Below, piece after piece: positions 13,821 through 26,800 of a stretch of 64,000 bases of DNA; within the stretch, counting starts at the first letter, position 1; the number at the start of each line of letters is the position of its first letter. The DNA is from Podarcis melisellensis (Eukaryota): the NCBI GenBank assembly GCA_964234715.1, contig OZ174282.1. The stretch is one strand, 5' to 3'. Under the pieces are notes generated by a model. That model searched no databases and had not been told where the DNA came from. It saw only the letters and a list, made by a program, of their open reading frames with translations. The translations under genes and the position numbers were made by a program.

Positions 13821-16099
13821 CAAATCATTACTATAAAAGTTTTTAAAAGGGGGAGCCAGGACGCAGCCTTGCTTCACCGCTTCACCTTGCCTTTCACTGT
13901 CTTTAACCAATGAGTGAATTCAGAGGTGCTACTGATGAGTGTTTGTTTAGGACACTAGGCAACAGTAATCCACAGAGCTCTAAATATCTGTTTTGCCTTT
14001 TAGTGCTTTATTTGGCAGGCAAAATAAAGGACAGGTTGGTGAGGGGGCGGGTGATTGAGGGCTTAAAATTACTTTACCTGGTGCAGAAATGACTTCAAAC
14101 AAACAAACAAACATTAAAGGGGAGAAGAGAGGGCAACAAATTCTATTTCTCTTCCTCAACAGAGCTTTGCTTCCAACCTCCTAACAGGGTTTGCAAAACC
14201 CTTCAGAGGGAGATGTGAACCAGGATTTTTTCAATTCAGGAAGGGAAAAAGAGGATATGAAGCAAGAGGAATGCGTGTGTGTGTATATATATATATATAT
14301 ATAATTTATCACATTAAATAGGGTTGCCATATTTCAAGAAGTGTAAATAATCCAGACACAAAAAAGTGGAGCTTTTTTTGGGGGGGGGATTGCTATCCAC
14401 TGTCTGCCTGATCCCTTACCCAAAAGGATCCAGCCCACCCTTCCGCTTTGGCACAGCCCCCAAATGTAAATAATAATAATAAAATAAACCAACCAACCAC
14501 AAAAACCTGGATATTTCATGTAAAAAAATCCCCCCGGTCCCCCCCCAAGCCTGGGAAGTTTTGAAGCAACAGATGTAGACGGACTGCAATAGTGTAGCTA
14601 AGTCAAACGTGAGCCATTAAAAGTCTCTCTCAGACTTGTTTCTGGCTCCACACAGTCTCAACCCCAAGCTCTGTTGCACTCCCTGGCCGCTGAGGGAGAC
14701 AGGGCAGAGGATGGAGGCTACTCTCTCCTCCATGGCCCTCCCTAGACTTTCATTTCCCTTCCTTCCCTCTCTCGAATCTCCTCAAGCTCCCTCCTCTCTC
14801 TCGGGCCTTCAAGTCTCCTCAGAATCTCCTCAGGATTCTCTCCAAAATCTTCTGAGGGAGAAGCCTTCCCTCAGCCCTCTTCTGCAGTTGCACCAGGCCC
14901 CTCACAAGCGGCTGAGCCACATGAGCGTTTTTTGTCAATTTTAATCACAAGCTCTTTTGACTACTTCAGATGAGAAGTGTGAAATAAATCCATGAAATAA
15001 AATTATTATCAACAAAATAAAGCTGAGGCTTGGGCTAGTGGTTCGTGTCTTAAAATAAAAGCATACCTCTCCCTCACTTTATATTCATTGAGACACCAGA
15101 TTTAAAAACAACACCTTTTCTGTCAGGTTTTTTTTGGGGGGGAAGGGGGGGTCGAAAGGTTAAGACATATTTGACCTTCACCACTGTTAATTGTGTTATT
15201 TGTTCTTTTGTTTTTACCATGTGAGCCGTTTTGAGTCACTTGACTGTAAAACAATGCAACATCATTTGTGTAATTTGTGAGAATGTTTCTTCCTTATGTT
15301 ATCTTTGCTTGTAAATATCACCTTATTTTGTTGTCCATCGCTCTGAGACCATTTCTGGTGAATGCAGTATAGAAATATAGTAAATAAATAAAGACTAGGA
15401 ATTTTTTTGATAATAAGTAACATGGAATGCTCTCTCCAGAGAGGTTCAGCTGGTGCCTTCATTATATATTTTGACGCCGGGCGAAAATCTTCTTTAACCA
15501 GGCCTGATTGGCTGATTGATATCTGATACCCTTTAAAAATGTGTGACAGAAGGGAGGATTATTGGGTTGTTTTTGTTTATTTTTATTATGTATTTTCTGT
15601 TTTTATGTTGTGGTTTTATGTTGTGAGGCCTGCAGGTGTAGGGCAGTATACAAGTAATAATAATAATAATAATAAAGATTGGTGCATTCAAAACATTTGT
15701 GGAAAGAAATCAAGGGTTGTATTCAAAGTCAGACCAATTTAAATGGGCTTATGCTGCACAGAATATAGTTGGAGAGAAGGCCTTGTAGACATTTTGGCAA
15801 TTTGATGTAAGATCTGAGGGAAGCCATATGGGATACAATTGTGATTTGTTGTTATTTCCTTAAACTAATGGTATTGTGTCATGTGTAAGGATTGCTTATA
15901 TTTTTTTTTCTAAAAAATGATAACAAGAGACCTGGGGGGAAAGGATGGTGGGAGTAAGCGCTCCAAAATATGGCTTTTTTTTTTCAGAGTGGTGAGTTTT
16001 TATCTGACACAAAGGCCACAGCATTAGAACGGGGTGCATAATGTCTTCAACTTGCAAATCAATTAATTTTGCAGCAATACAATTAAAAAGGCAAAATGT

Positions 16100-16604
16100 T
16101 GTGATGTAATAACATATTTTTTATTTTACGGCAAAGCAACCAGTGTTCACGAGTCTTCCCTTACCCTGGGTTACAGTAAAGACACCCAAAATCAACAGAA
16201 AAAACTACAATTAGCAGACCCCGGTTAAAAGGAAGTTGCGGTTCACATTATGAAACCTGATTGGTAATAAAGTTATGAAATTTGTAGAAGGAAAGCGTAG
16301 CGGCAGGCACTGAAGATTGTTCTCAGCTGATCCAGCTTGCCAATCTGAAAACGGCAATAAAAAACGAGTGAAATAAGGTTGGGTATTTCCTACATGTGCA
16401 TACATAAATTTCACCTTGTTTGCTATTTAATGACGCCAGCACAAGAACACCACATCAAGTGTTAACATAACAGGTGAGGCAGCTGCACTACACATTTGGA
16501 GCCTACGAGATGAATAAGATGCTTTTCTTTCACAGAGACTCAGGCTTAATTCCTCAACATCCTGACTAGGGAATGGGACTTGATGAACATGGCAGGAATT
16601 TCTT
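16100..16604 (-). other. Putative non-coding terminal exon of gene A with polyadenylation signal
   Basis: Acceptor TCTTGTTTCCTCAG ending at 16605; AATAAA on the minus strand at 16120-16125, followed by U-rich sequence. The 3' end is approximate. Confidence 0.45.
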
Positions 16605-17840
16605 CTGAGGAAACAAGATACAGGATTGCACTGCACTTTACCTGCATGGCTCTTCTTTTGAAACAGACTTATCTACATTTCCAAGTTACATTTTTTCACA
16701 TATCTGAAGAGACATGGGCATATGTGTTGTAAGATGCATATAAATATTTAGGGAGGCTGGACATAGCAGGAATAGCAGGCTGGTTTCGTGCATACATTTT
16801 TTGTTGCCTGAGGCAGAGCAGCAAATGGAATTGCTCCCCAATTCAAGATTTAAAGTACCCAACGATACCCACCTTAGGTAGAAAAATCATCCTAGTGTTT
16901 CCCTCTCCCTAATTCTGGTCTCTGGGACCAGAACTTGTTATTTTTTAAAAAAAAATAATGGATAAAACAAATGATCCCCAAATCAATACTTCTTCTTTGT
17001 CAATAATTCCTGTGGAAGTCAGTAGCTGGGAATCAGATATAAATTGTGTCTTGACAAGATTCAGAAATATAACTTTGCTATTGCTTTTTATATCATTATC
17101 TATTCAGGTTTGTGGGTGGAAATTAACTAGTGTTACTCTTATACGTATAAATATTTCCCTCTGTGTGTTAAAACATTGCTCTGCACAATGTTTAAGCCCC
17201 ACAGCACCTATGGACATGCAGTAAAAATTCAGGATCAGCAGGCTGTCATCTTGATATCAAACCTGACCCAAGAGGAGATGGATATGTGTAATAATATTAT
17301 TTCCATTAATTTCTTGCCCACCCTTCACCATGAAGTCCCTGGGTGGGTTACCACAACAAAAAATACAATATTTAAAAAGTTACAAGGAAATACAGACAAG
17401 AGAATATGGTACCATAGGTGGATGTTTTCTTATTAGGTTCACAACAGTATAACCCACCAGGTAGCATTTAGGATTCATGCCTAAATGCTTGATAGAAACT
17501 TCTGGTACAGAGAACAAAGTATGGCTAACAACAAATCTATGGTTTCTATTTGTTCTTTGGAGCTACAGCTATCTGAAATATGGGATCATCTTAAAATGGC
17601 ACCGAGAACTGATGCTCTGAACTAAAAGATTATTCTTCAACTCAAGTTTTGAAACATGCATATTGCAAAAAGCCATCTATATTAAGCAGCTGGTATTTCA
17701 CATTTTGCATTCCACTTCTTACATATATTGCCAATAGTCCTTTATACCCACACCCCAAGGTAACCCATATACGAACGTCTTTGGACAAACTAGCATAGTT
17801 TAGTCTCTCTTGGTGCGAAAGCAGCACCCTCTGTACTCAC

Positions 17841-17881
17841 CTGAGTGTATTTCCCAGGTTGAATGGTCAGGTTTATGGTGC
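17841..17881 (-). CDS. Gene A stop-containing exon (GCA CCA TAA plus 32 nt of 3' UTR)
   Basis: TTTTGTTTTTCCAG acceptor and CAG|GTGAGT donor; phase-0 reading gives A-P-stop (TAA at 17875-17873). Confidence 0.7.
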
Positions 17882-20800
17882 CTGGAAAAACAAAATGCAG
17901 GCAACCATCTCAGACCAAGTGCAAAACAACAAGAACGTTGATGCGCTTGAACTCACGGGGAAAAAATCATCATGTAATTGCTAGAAGGAGTGGGTGAGGG
18001 TGCATCATTAAGTCACTATTTTAGAATGCACTTGAAAAGATTAAGTAATAGGCTACTGAGGACATCAAGTGGATCCTACAAATGATTGCATCATGAAAAG
18101 GTACATGAAATACTCAAGCTAGGCTTTTGAGGAGGAATGGATAGGGCAATAAGGGCATGGACATATAAGCATGTTGTAAAACAGGGAAAGTACACATTAT
18201 AATAAGAAACAACTAGATCTGAGGAGAATCTGCTGTTTCTTTTTTGAGTGGGTGTCAGGAATCTTTCAGCAGGTGCTTCAGTTTGAAGGGGAAGTTTGCT
18301 TTTAAAAAGTCAAAGTATTTGGGTAGATTACAAGATCATTTTGAAATATCCATCTATTTCAAGCTTTAATTCATGAAGATTTAAAGAGAGCTTGAAACAG
18401 ACGGGTCCTTCAAAACACAAAACCTTATTTTGTACTGCAAAACACTTCTTTTCCGTATCCACTGCAGATGTAATATTAATAACTTCCTGCCCCACAGCAG
18501 AGCGGGGGTGATTGTGTTCACAATTACAGCTGCTGTGAATGGCCATTTTGTTCATCAGGTTTTATACTGAATCATTGCAGACTGTTCTTTTTTGCATTTC
18601 ATTGTCATGTGGCTATATTTCCCATATCCCCTTCCCCTTATTGTCACATATGTAACTGCCAACTGAAGATAACAGAGGTGCCAGGTTGCTCCCAAGTTTT
18701 AGGGGGGTCTGGGGTGCATCACGTGTGTGACATCTGGAGGAGCTGAGCACTGAAGCTGCCACACACCCACACACGTGCTGGGCCCCCTCAAACAAATATC
18801 AAGGGGGCTGCATTTGCTAAAGTGGAGTGACTCTAACCAGTGTGCCACAATTAATCTCAATAAACTACTACTATCCCAAGTTGATGTTATTATGCTCATA
18901 TTCACAGGGCTACTTGAACCATGAGCATCCAGTCTTCCAGCTTATGCTGTTAATAGCTGCACCTGCCAGCTCACCTAAGGGGTAACTGAGCCACATCCAG
19001 ATCACTTGTATCTCTTTGTTGGCTGCACAGTCCTTGCAGTTGGAAAGGAAAGTTGCTCTCCCAGTAAAAAACTGAAATTGTACTTCTGAAATTTAACTTT
19101 GTGTTCTCCGGAAAGTTACAATGGCTGTTCGCTGAAAGCTATAAAAGTGCATTGAACTGAGCTTTCCCCTGTATTACTGTACTTCAACGCTACATAAGAG
19201 GGTGAAGGAAAAAAACCCCAAACAAGTGCGCTTTCGTTTCGGAAATGATGAATAATGAAAAGAATGCACTCCCGTTTATGTCTAACTTGTTTCTAAGTGA
19301 AAGTATTGAAAACACATTAATTAATGGTTGAAATTAATTAAAACGATTCTGCTTCATTTCTGCCATTGCTTATTCATAGGAGGCATTCTTAAAACTGACA
19401 AGAAGCATTGCATTGTATTACTAAGAATGTTCTGTGGGGGGAACAGAGACCCTGAAGAACTCTGAAAGAGGCAAGACATAACACAACCGTAAAGCTGGTA
19501 TACTTCTTTTCCTGAGTAAGAAGACCAAACTTAGAGGATATAATTCCTGACCAATCACTAAATGCAAAAAACCTGAACATGATATATTTCTTTCACCTAT
19601 ATATGCAGCAATTTAAAAATTAAATATATACGTGGTAGCCAATAAGAAGTATAAAAATGATTAAATGAACTTATGTACATTTTAGTACAGTGCCTAATAA
19701 CAGAAATTGTTCTGAGCTCTAGCTGTGCTGACTGGGGCAAGACTGGCAGGGCTCAGGATTTGCTGGTACTACCAGCACAGATTCCCCCTTCCTCATTGGA
19801 CTGCTCAACCAGGATGAAAAATACTGCTTCTAGGAAATTAATACTCACAGGTTCCTGACTTTCAAAAGGTGGTGGAGGAGGCTGAAAGAGAAAAGGAAGG
19901 AAATGGTTCTATTTCAATGCAATGCAAGAGATGTAGAATCCTGTTTGTAGGAAATTAATACTCACAGATGGACTTCCGCCAGGTGGTGGAGGAGGCTGAA
20001 AGGAAAAAAGAAAGAAATGTTTCTATTTCAAAGCAATGCAAGAGACACAAAAATCCTGTTTGTAGGAAATTGATACTCACAGGTTGACTTCCGCCAGGTG
20101 GTGGTGGAGGCTGAAAGGGAAAAGGAAGGAAATGCTTCTGTTTCAAAACACTGCAAAATATTTAGAATACTGTTTGTAAGAAATTGATACTCACAGGTTG
20201 ACTTCCACCAGGAGGTGGTGGAGGCTGAAAGAGAAAGGAAGGAAATGCTTTTATTTCAAAAACAAGTTGAATGATGTAAAATCCTGTTTCTAGGAAATTG
20301 ATACTCACAGGTGGTGCATTTATTCCAGGTGATACCGAAGTCTGAAATAAAGGAATGGAGGAAACTTTTGCGTTCCAAAACCATTTCATGCATTTCACTT
20401 TCCAAACCACAAAGAGTCAGGGTGTGTTCACATTAGCACCTTAAATCATTTCACAGCAATTTCCATCTAGCTGTTGACATGAGCATGGCTTAGTGTCATA
20501 GGAATGGCTTAATCTAATGATCCTGAAACTCGTTTGAGAAACATTGCATCAAACGGCAATATTTCACAACAAATTACAGGGTGCCCATGCATTTAATATA
20601 ATGTAATGTGAATACAGAATAAAAAAAACCAGCACTGGAAATGAAGTAAATGAATGATAAATGGAAGTGTGGACACAGCCTCAAATTCTTTTATAAAGTG
20701 GATTTGTTGTGCTATAGAAAAAGAGGCCTTTAATGTACTTTAATTACTCTGAGCTAAAATTCCACTACATGCCTGAATCCCTCCTGTAAAATACTGACAG

Positions 20801-23800
20801 TCCAGAGGAACCTTTCACAAGACGTGAAATAGAAGGGAATGGGAATGCTTGCAAATCTGATTTGTAGGAAGTTAAGGTTGCAGCCAGCCTTCTTATTTGG
20901 CATTCAACCTGAACCATTTGCAGAAAATTCATGGGGAGGTTGGAAAACAACATCAGTTGCTTATTGGGAAAAACATGTAGAATCCTGCTTGTAGGAAATT
21001 AATACTCACAGGTTGATCATTTCCACTGGGTGGAGGAGGAGGCTGGAAGAGAAAAGGAAGAAAATGCTTCCATTTCAAAAACAATGCAAATGATGCAGAA
21101 TCTTGTTTCTAGGAAATTGATACTCACAGGTGGTCCATATCCTCCATATGGCAAGAGAGGCTGAAAGAGGGGGGGAAAGGGAAATATTTGCTTTTCAAAA
21201 CAATACAAAAGCTGTAAATTCCTGTTTGTAGGGAAATTAATACTCACAGGTTGCTGATTTTCACCAGCTGGTGAAGGCTGAAAGATAAAGGGAAAGAAAT
21301 ATTTATAGGTCATTCATTCCGATTTGTTTTCGGATAGGTAATAAAACATTGGGTCAAGCAAGTGTCACCCCACACTTTTTCTGTTACTTTCCTTATTGCA
21401 AAAAGTCCAGTTTGCAGAGCAGTGGGGGAAAGATTCCTCTGCAAGGGCATCAAATCAATTTGTGCCACCTGAACTTGTCAGTATGTGAGTGAGCCCCATT
21501 TAGCATTGGTCTGGAAGTAGCCTAATACTTACAGGCTGTCCATATCCTTGATATGGCTGAGGATCCTGAAAGAGAAAGGGAAGGAAATTCTTGTACAGTG
21601 GTACCTCTGGTTACGAATGCTTCGGGTTACGAAGGCCGCTAACCCAGAAGTAGCTGCTCCTGGTTGTGAACTTTGCCCCAGGATGCAAACAGAAATCACG
21701 CGCCAGAGGCGCACACGCAGCGGGAGACCCCATTAGCAAAAGCGCGCCTCAGGATAAGAACGGTTTCAGCTTAAGAACGGACCTCCGGAACGAATTAAGT
21801 TCGTAACCAGAGTACCACATGCAAATGATACTATGATACTATAACCAGAGTACCACATGCAAATGATACTATGATACTATGATACAAATGATACTATGGC
21901 AGACCAACACGGCTACCTATCTGTACATGCAAATGATGTAGAATCACACTGGTAGGAAAATAATACTCACTTGTGGTCCATATATTCCTACTGATACGGA
22001 AGACTGAAACAAAGAAGGAAGAAAACATTTACATTCCAACACAAAACACAAATACAAAATATTTTTTGTCGGAAATCAAGTACTCCTCCAGATGACTTAT
22101 TTATTGAATGTTCATCCTGATTTGCTTCTTCAAAGCTTTTGCAAACTGTGTCTGGCCTTTATTGAGCATTTGTTCTGATTTGTCTGTAGGGCAATTAAAT
22201 GATAATGAGCATTTGTCCTGCATTCATCCCAATTTGCTTGCTCCCCCCACCTTCCCATTAATAATTTTTTCATTGCATTTCACTTTCCACACCACAAAGA
22301 GTCAGGGTGTGTTCACATTACCACCTGAAAGCATTTCACAGCACTTTCCATCTAGCTGATAACATGAGCATAGCTTAGTGTCATAGGAATGGCTTAATCA
22401 AATTGTCCTGAAACCAGTTTGAGAAACAATACATCAAATGGTAATACAGAGGAACCTCAGTTTTTAAGTGTCTCTGAAGCCAAATGTTTCAGTTTTCGAA
22501 CGCTGAAAACCTGGAAGTAATTGCTTCCATTATCGAATGGCTTCCGAGGTGCGTTTCTCAATTTTCTCCATTGAAACTGCAGACCGCCCATTGTGCCTCA
22601 GTTGTCGAATGTTTCGGAAGTCAAATGGTCTTCCAGAATGGATTACGTTCAACACCCAAGGTTCCACTATATTTCACATTTCAAATTACAGGGTGCCCAT
22701 GCATTTAATATAATGTCATGTGTATATGGAATAAAAAACCAGCACTGGAAATGAAGTGAACGTATGATAAACAAAAGCGTGGCCACAGCCTCAAATTCTT
22801 TTATAAAGTGGATTTGTTGTGCTGTAGCAACAGATGCCTTTAATCTACTTTAATTGCTCTAAACTAAAGTTCTGCTATGTGCCTGAATCCCTCCTGTAAA
22901 ATACTGACACTCCAGAGGCACCCTAATACAGAAGAGGAGAAAGAGAAGGGGATGGGAATGATTGCAAAACTGATTTGTAAGAAGTTAAGGTTGCAGCCAG
23001 CCTCCTTATTTAACATTCAACCTGAACCATTTGCAGAAAATTTGTGGGGGGGTTGGAAAACAACATCAGTTGTTTATTGGACAAAACATGTAGAATCCTG
23101 CTTGTAGGAAATTAATACTCACAGGTTGGTCATTTCCACTGGGTGGAGGAGGAGGCTGGAAGAGAAAAGGAAGAAAATGCTTCCATTTCAAAAACAATGC
23201 AAATGATGCAGAATCTTGTTTCTAGGAAATTGATACTCACAGGTGGTCCATATCCTCCATATTGTGGGGGAGGCTGAAAGAGAAGGAAGGAATATTTGCT
23301 AGGCATTCGTTGTGATTTGTTTGCTGGGAGGTTATAAAATTGCGTGTCAAGCTAGTGTCATCCCACACTTTTCTTGTTACTGTACTTTCCTTATTGCAAA
23401 CAGTCGAATTTGCAAAGGGGCGGAGGAAGGAACGTTGTGCAAGGGCATCAAATCAATTTAACTGTTCATCCTGAACTTGTCGGTATGTGACTGAACCCCA
23501 TTCAAAAATAGCATCAATTTGGAAGTGGCCTAATACTTACAGGCTGTCCATATGCTGGATATGGCTGAGGACCCTGAAAAAGAAAGGGAAGAAAATGCTT
23601 GCATTCCAATACAATTAAAAAAGACTTTAAATCTTTTTCTAAGAAACTAATATTCACAGGCTGCCCATTTCCCTGATTTGGTGGGGGAGGAGGCTAAAAG
23701 AGAAAGGGAAGGAAATGTTTCTATTTCAAAAACAATGCAAATGATGTAAAATCATGTTGGTAGGAAAATAATACGCACAGGTTGTCCATATATTCCAAAT

Positions 23801-26800
23801 GATACCGAAGACTGAAAGAAAGAAGGAAGAAAACATTTGCATTCTAAACCAATACACAAATATAAAATACTTTTTGTAGGAAATCAAGTGCTTCTCCAGA
23901 TTACTTGTTTACTGAGTGTTCATCCTGATTTGCTTCTTCAAAGCTTTTGCGAACGGTGCCTGGCCTTTATTGAGCATTTGTTCTGATTTGTCCGTAGGGC
24001 AGTTAAATGATAATGAGCATTCATCCTGCATTTATCCTGGTTTGCTCCCCCCTCCCTTCATCTTCCCATTAATCATTTCTTCCTTGCATTTCACTTTCCA
24101 AACCACAAAGGGTCAGGGTGTGTTCACATTAGTACCTTAAAGCATTTCACAGCACTTTCCATCTAGCTGTTGACATGAGCACAGCTTAGTGTCATATGAA
24201 TGGCTTAATCCAATCATCCTGAAACTCGTTTGAGAAACAATGCATCAAACGGTAATATTTCACAACAATTTACAGGGTGCCCATGCATTTAATATATTGT
24301 CATGTGAATATGGAATTAAAAAAAACAGTACTGGAAATGCAGTGAATGTATGATCAATGGAAGTGTGGACATAGCCTCAAATTCTTTTATAAAGTGGATT
24401 TGTTGTCCTATAGCAACAGAGGGCAAAATTTAAAGAATCCTGCTCGTAGGAAATGAATACTCACAGGTTGATCATTTCCACTGGGTGGAGGAGGCTGGAA
24501 GAGAAAAGGAAGAAAATGCTTCCATTTCAAAAAAAACAATGCAAATCATGCAGTATCTTGTTTCTAGGAAACTGATACTCACAGGTGGTCCATATGGTCC
24601 ATATGGTGGCGGAGGCTGAAAGAGAAGGAAGGAATGTATGTTGGGCATTCATTATGGTTTGTTTGCTGGGAGGTTATAAAATAGTGTGTCAAGCTAGTGT
24701 CATCCCACGCTTTTCCTGTTACTTTCCTTATTGCAAGCAGTCCAATTCGCAGAAGGGTGGAGGAAGGAATGTTGTACAAGGGCTTCAAATCAGCTTTAAC
24801 TGTGCAACCTGAATTTGCTAGTTTGTGGGTGAGCCCCTTCCAAAAATAGCATCAGCCTTGAAGTGGCCTTATACTCACAGGCGGTCCATATCCTGGATAT
24901 GGCCGAGAACCCTGAAAGAGAAAGGAAAGTAAATGCTTGCATATAAAATAAAAAGACTTAAAATCTTGCTCTAAGAAACTAATACTCACAGGCTGTCCAT
25001 TTCCTTGATTTGGTGGCGGAGGAGCGGGCTAAATGAGAAAGGGAAGGAAATGCTTACATTTCAAAAAACAACCCAAATGATGTGAAATCCTGTTGGTAGT
25101 AAATTAATACTCACAGCATATAAATATACGGCTGCTCCTGGATTCTGCTGAGGTTGTTGGGGAGGCTGAAGAAGAAAAGGAAGGAACTGTTTGCATCATT
25201 TTCATTTCTGAGAAACTGGTGTATAAATTAAGGGTGCAGCTAAACCTATGGATTTTACCTCCATTTGTCTGCCGTTTGTTACTTACATGATAGGCCAAAC
25301 ATGCGGAAGGCAAGTCCCAATGAAATACGGCTATACTTGGTGTTCATAACATTTGTTTTGTACTATTTCAGATTCACTGTGTAGTCTCTGTGAACCCTGT
25401 TTTTTATATTTTTTTCATTTTCCTTTATTTCATATTCCTTACTGGATTGTTATTTTAGCTTCATAATAAAGTCTTGGTTTAAAAAAAAGATGATGCAATA
25501 ACAGCTTTTTAATGATGAGTTCTGTGAAGAACACGGGTATCATGCAAGAGTTTGTAAGGTGATGGGTTGCCCGTGACATGTACCAGAAAGTAGGGGGCAT
25601 ACTTGCTTAATAGAGTCAATTGGAGCATGTTATTCCAAATAAATATTTTAGGCAAGCCCAGTCTAAATATAAGCACCCAGAGAAATTTGGATTCCCCCGC
25701 TTCAGGGCTGGATTCCTTTGCCATATAACACACTTTTTACTCCAAAAATGAAATATCCTGAGACATGAGGAAGTGATGGATTGCTGCCTAACAAGTCCAA
25801 AGGCCTCTTAGGCACATGGAAATAACTTTTCAACTCTTTGGATCATGTGCAGCTCTATGGCTCTATGACTTATATATATGGTAGCTCACTTAGCTACCAT
25901 AGGATATGAAACAAGGCGGCAAACCAAATTTGTCATACTCACCTGTTGTTGGTAAGAACCAGCGTTACTCTACAGAAACAGTAATTTTAAAAGTTTTGTT
26001 AGTTTTCTAATAAACGTTTGTTTGTTTTATTTTTTTTTAAAGGCATGGCAGAAGTCCAGGCTTATATAGGCATTAGGCGCGTGTGTCAACCACAAGATAT
26101 GCCTTGTATCTTTGGGAAGCAGCTTGATCTGTTTCAGCGTCTTTATAATTCAACTTGGGATCAGGACCAAATACAGTCTGTTAAAAGCAAGGCCCAACTT
26201 TTCCCCATTCACTATAAAGTGGGACCTCAGGTTAAGAACTTAATTCGTTCCAGAGCTCTGTACTTAACCTGAAACTGTTCTTAACCTGAAGCATCACTTT
26301 AGCTAATGGGGCCTCCTGCTGCTACTGCACCGCCAGAGCACGATTTTTGTTCTCATCCTGAAGCAAAGTTCTTAACCTGAAGCACTATTTCTGGGTTAGC
26401 GGAGTCTGTAACCTGAAGCATATGTAACCTGAAGCGTATGTCACCCGAGGTACCACTGTAATAGGTGCTATAATAGGTGCTATAATTCACTATAATAGGC
26501 ACTATAATAGGGGAATCTAAAAACAGCTATGTTTGTATTTTCACCCCTTTTCAAGGCAGCAGATAGAATTTGCTAGCATATTGTAGGTGCACATGATCTG
26601 ACTCCATATAAGGCAGTGGTGGCCTCTTGAATGATCTTCTCATGGATAGGATAATTTTTTTAAAAAAAAAGAACTCCAACATTTTGTCCCTAACAGTGTA
26701 CATATAGTACATGTGAATTGGTCATAAGAAAAGTAATAAACAAAGAAACCAGGAGTTGTTTGTTGTGCTTTATGCACAAATGTTTACTTTAATGCAATTA

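Noticed and set aside
7100-16050. A third microexon gene between genes A and B
   Set aside because: I found no signal-peptide exon or consistent series of splice-flanked 3n exons by eye, though weak exons could have been missed.
19800-25200. CRISPR-like appearance (conserved repeats with variable 30-39-nt spacers)
   Set aside because: This is vertebrate DNA with no cas genes. The repeats are introns with GT/AG ends and the spacers are related in-frame exons.
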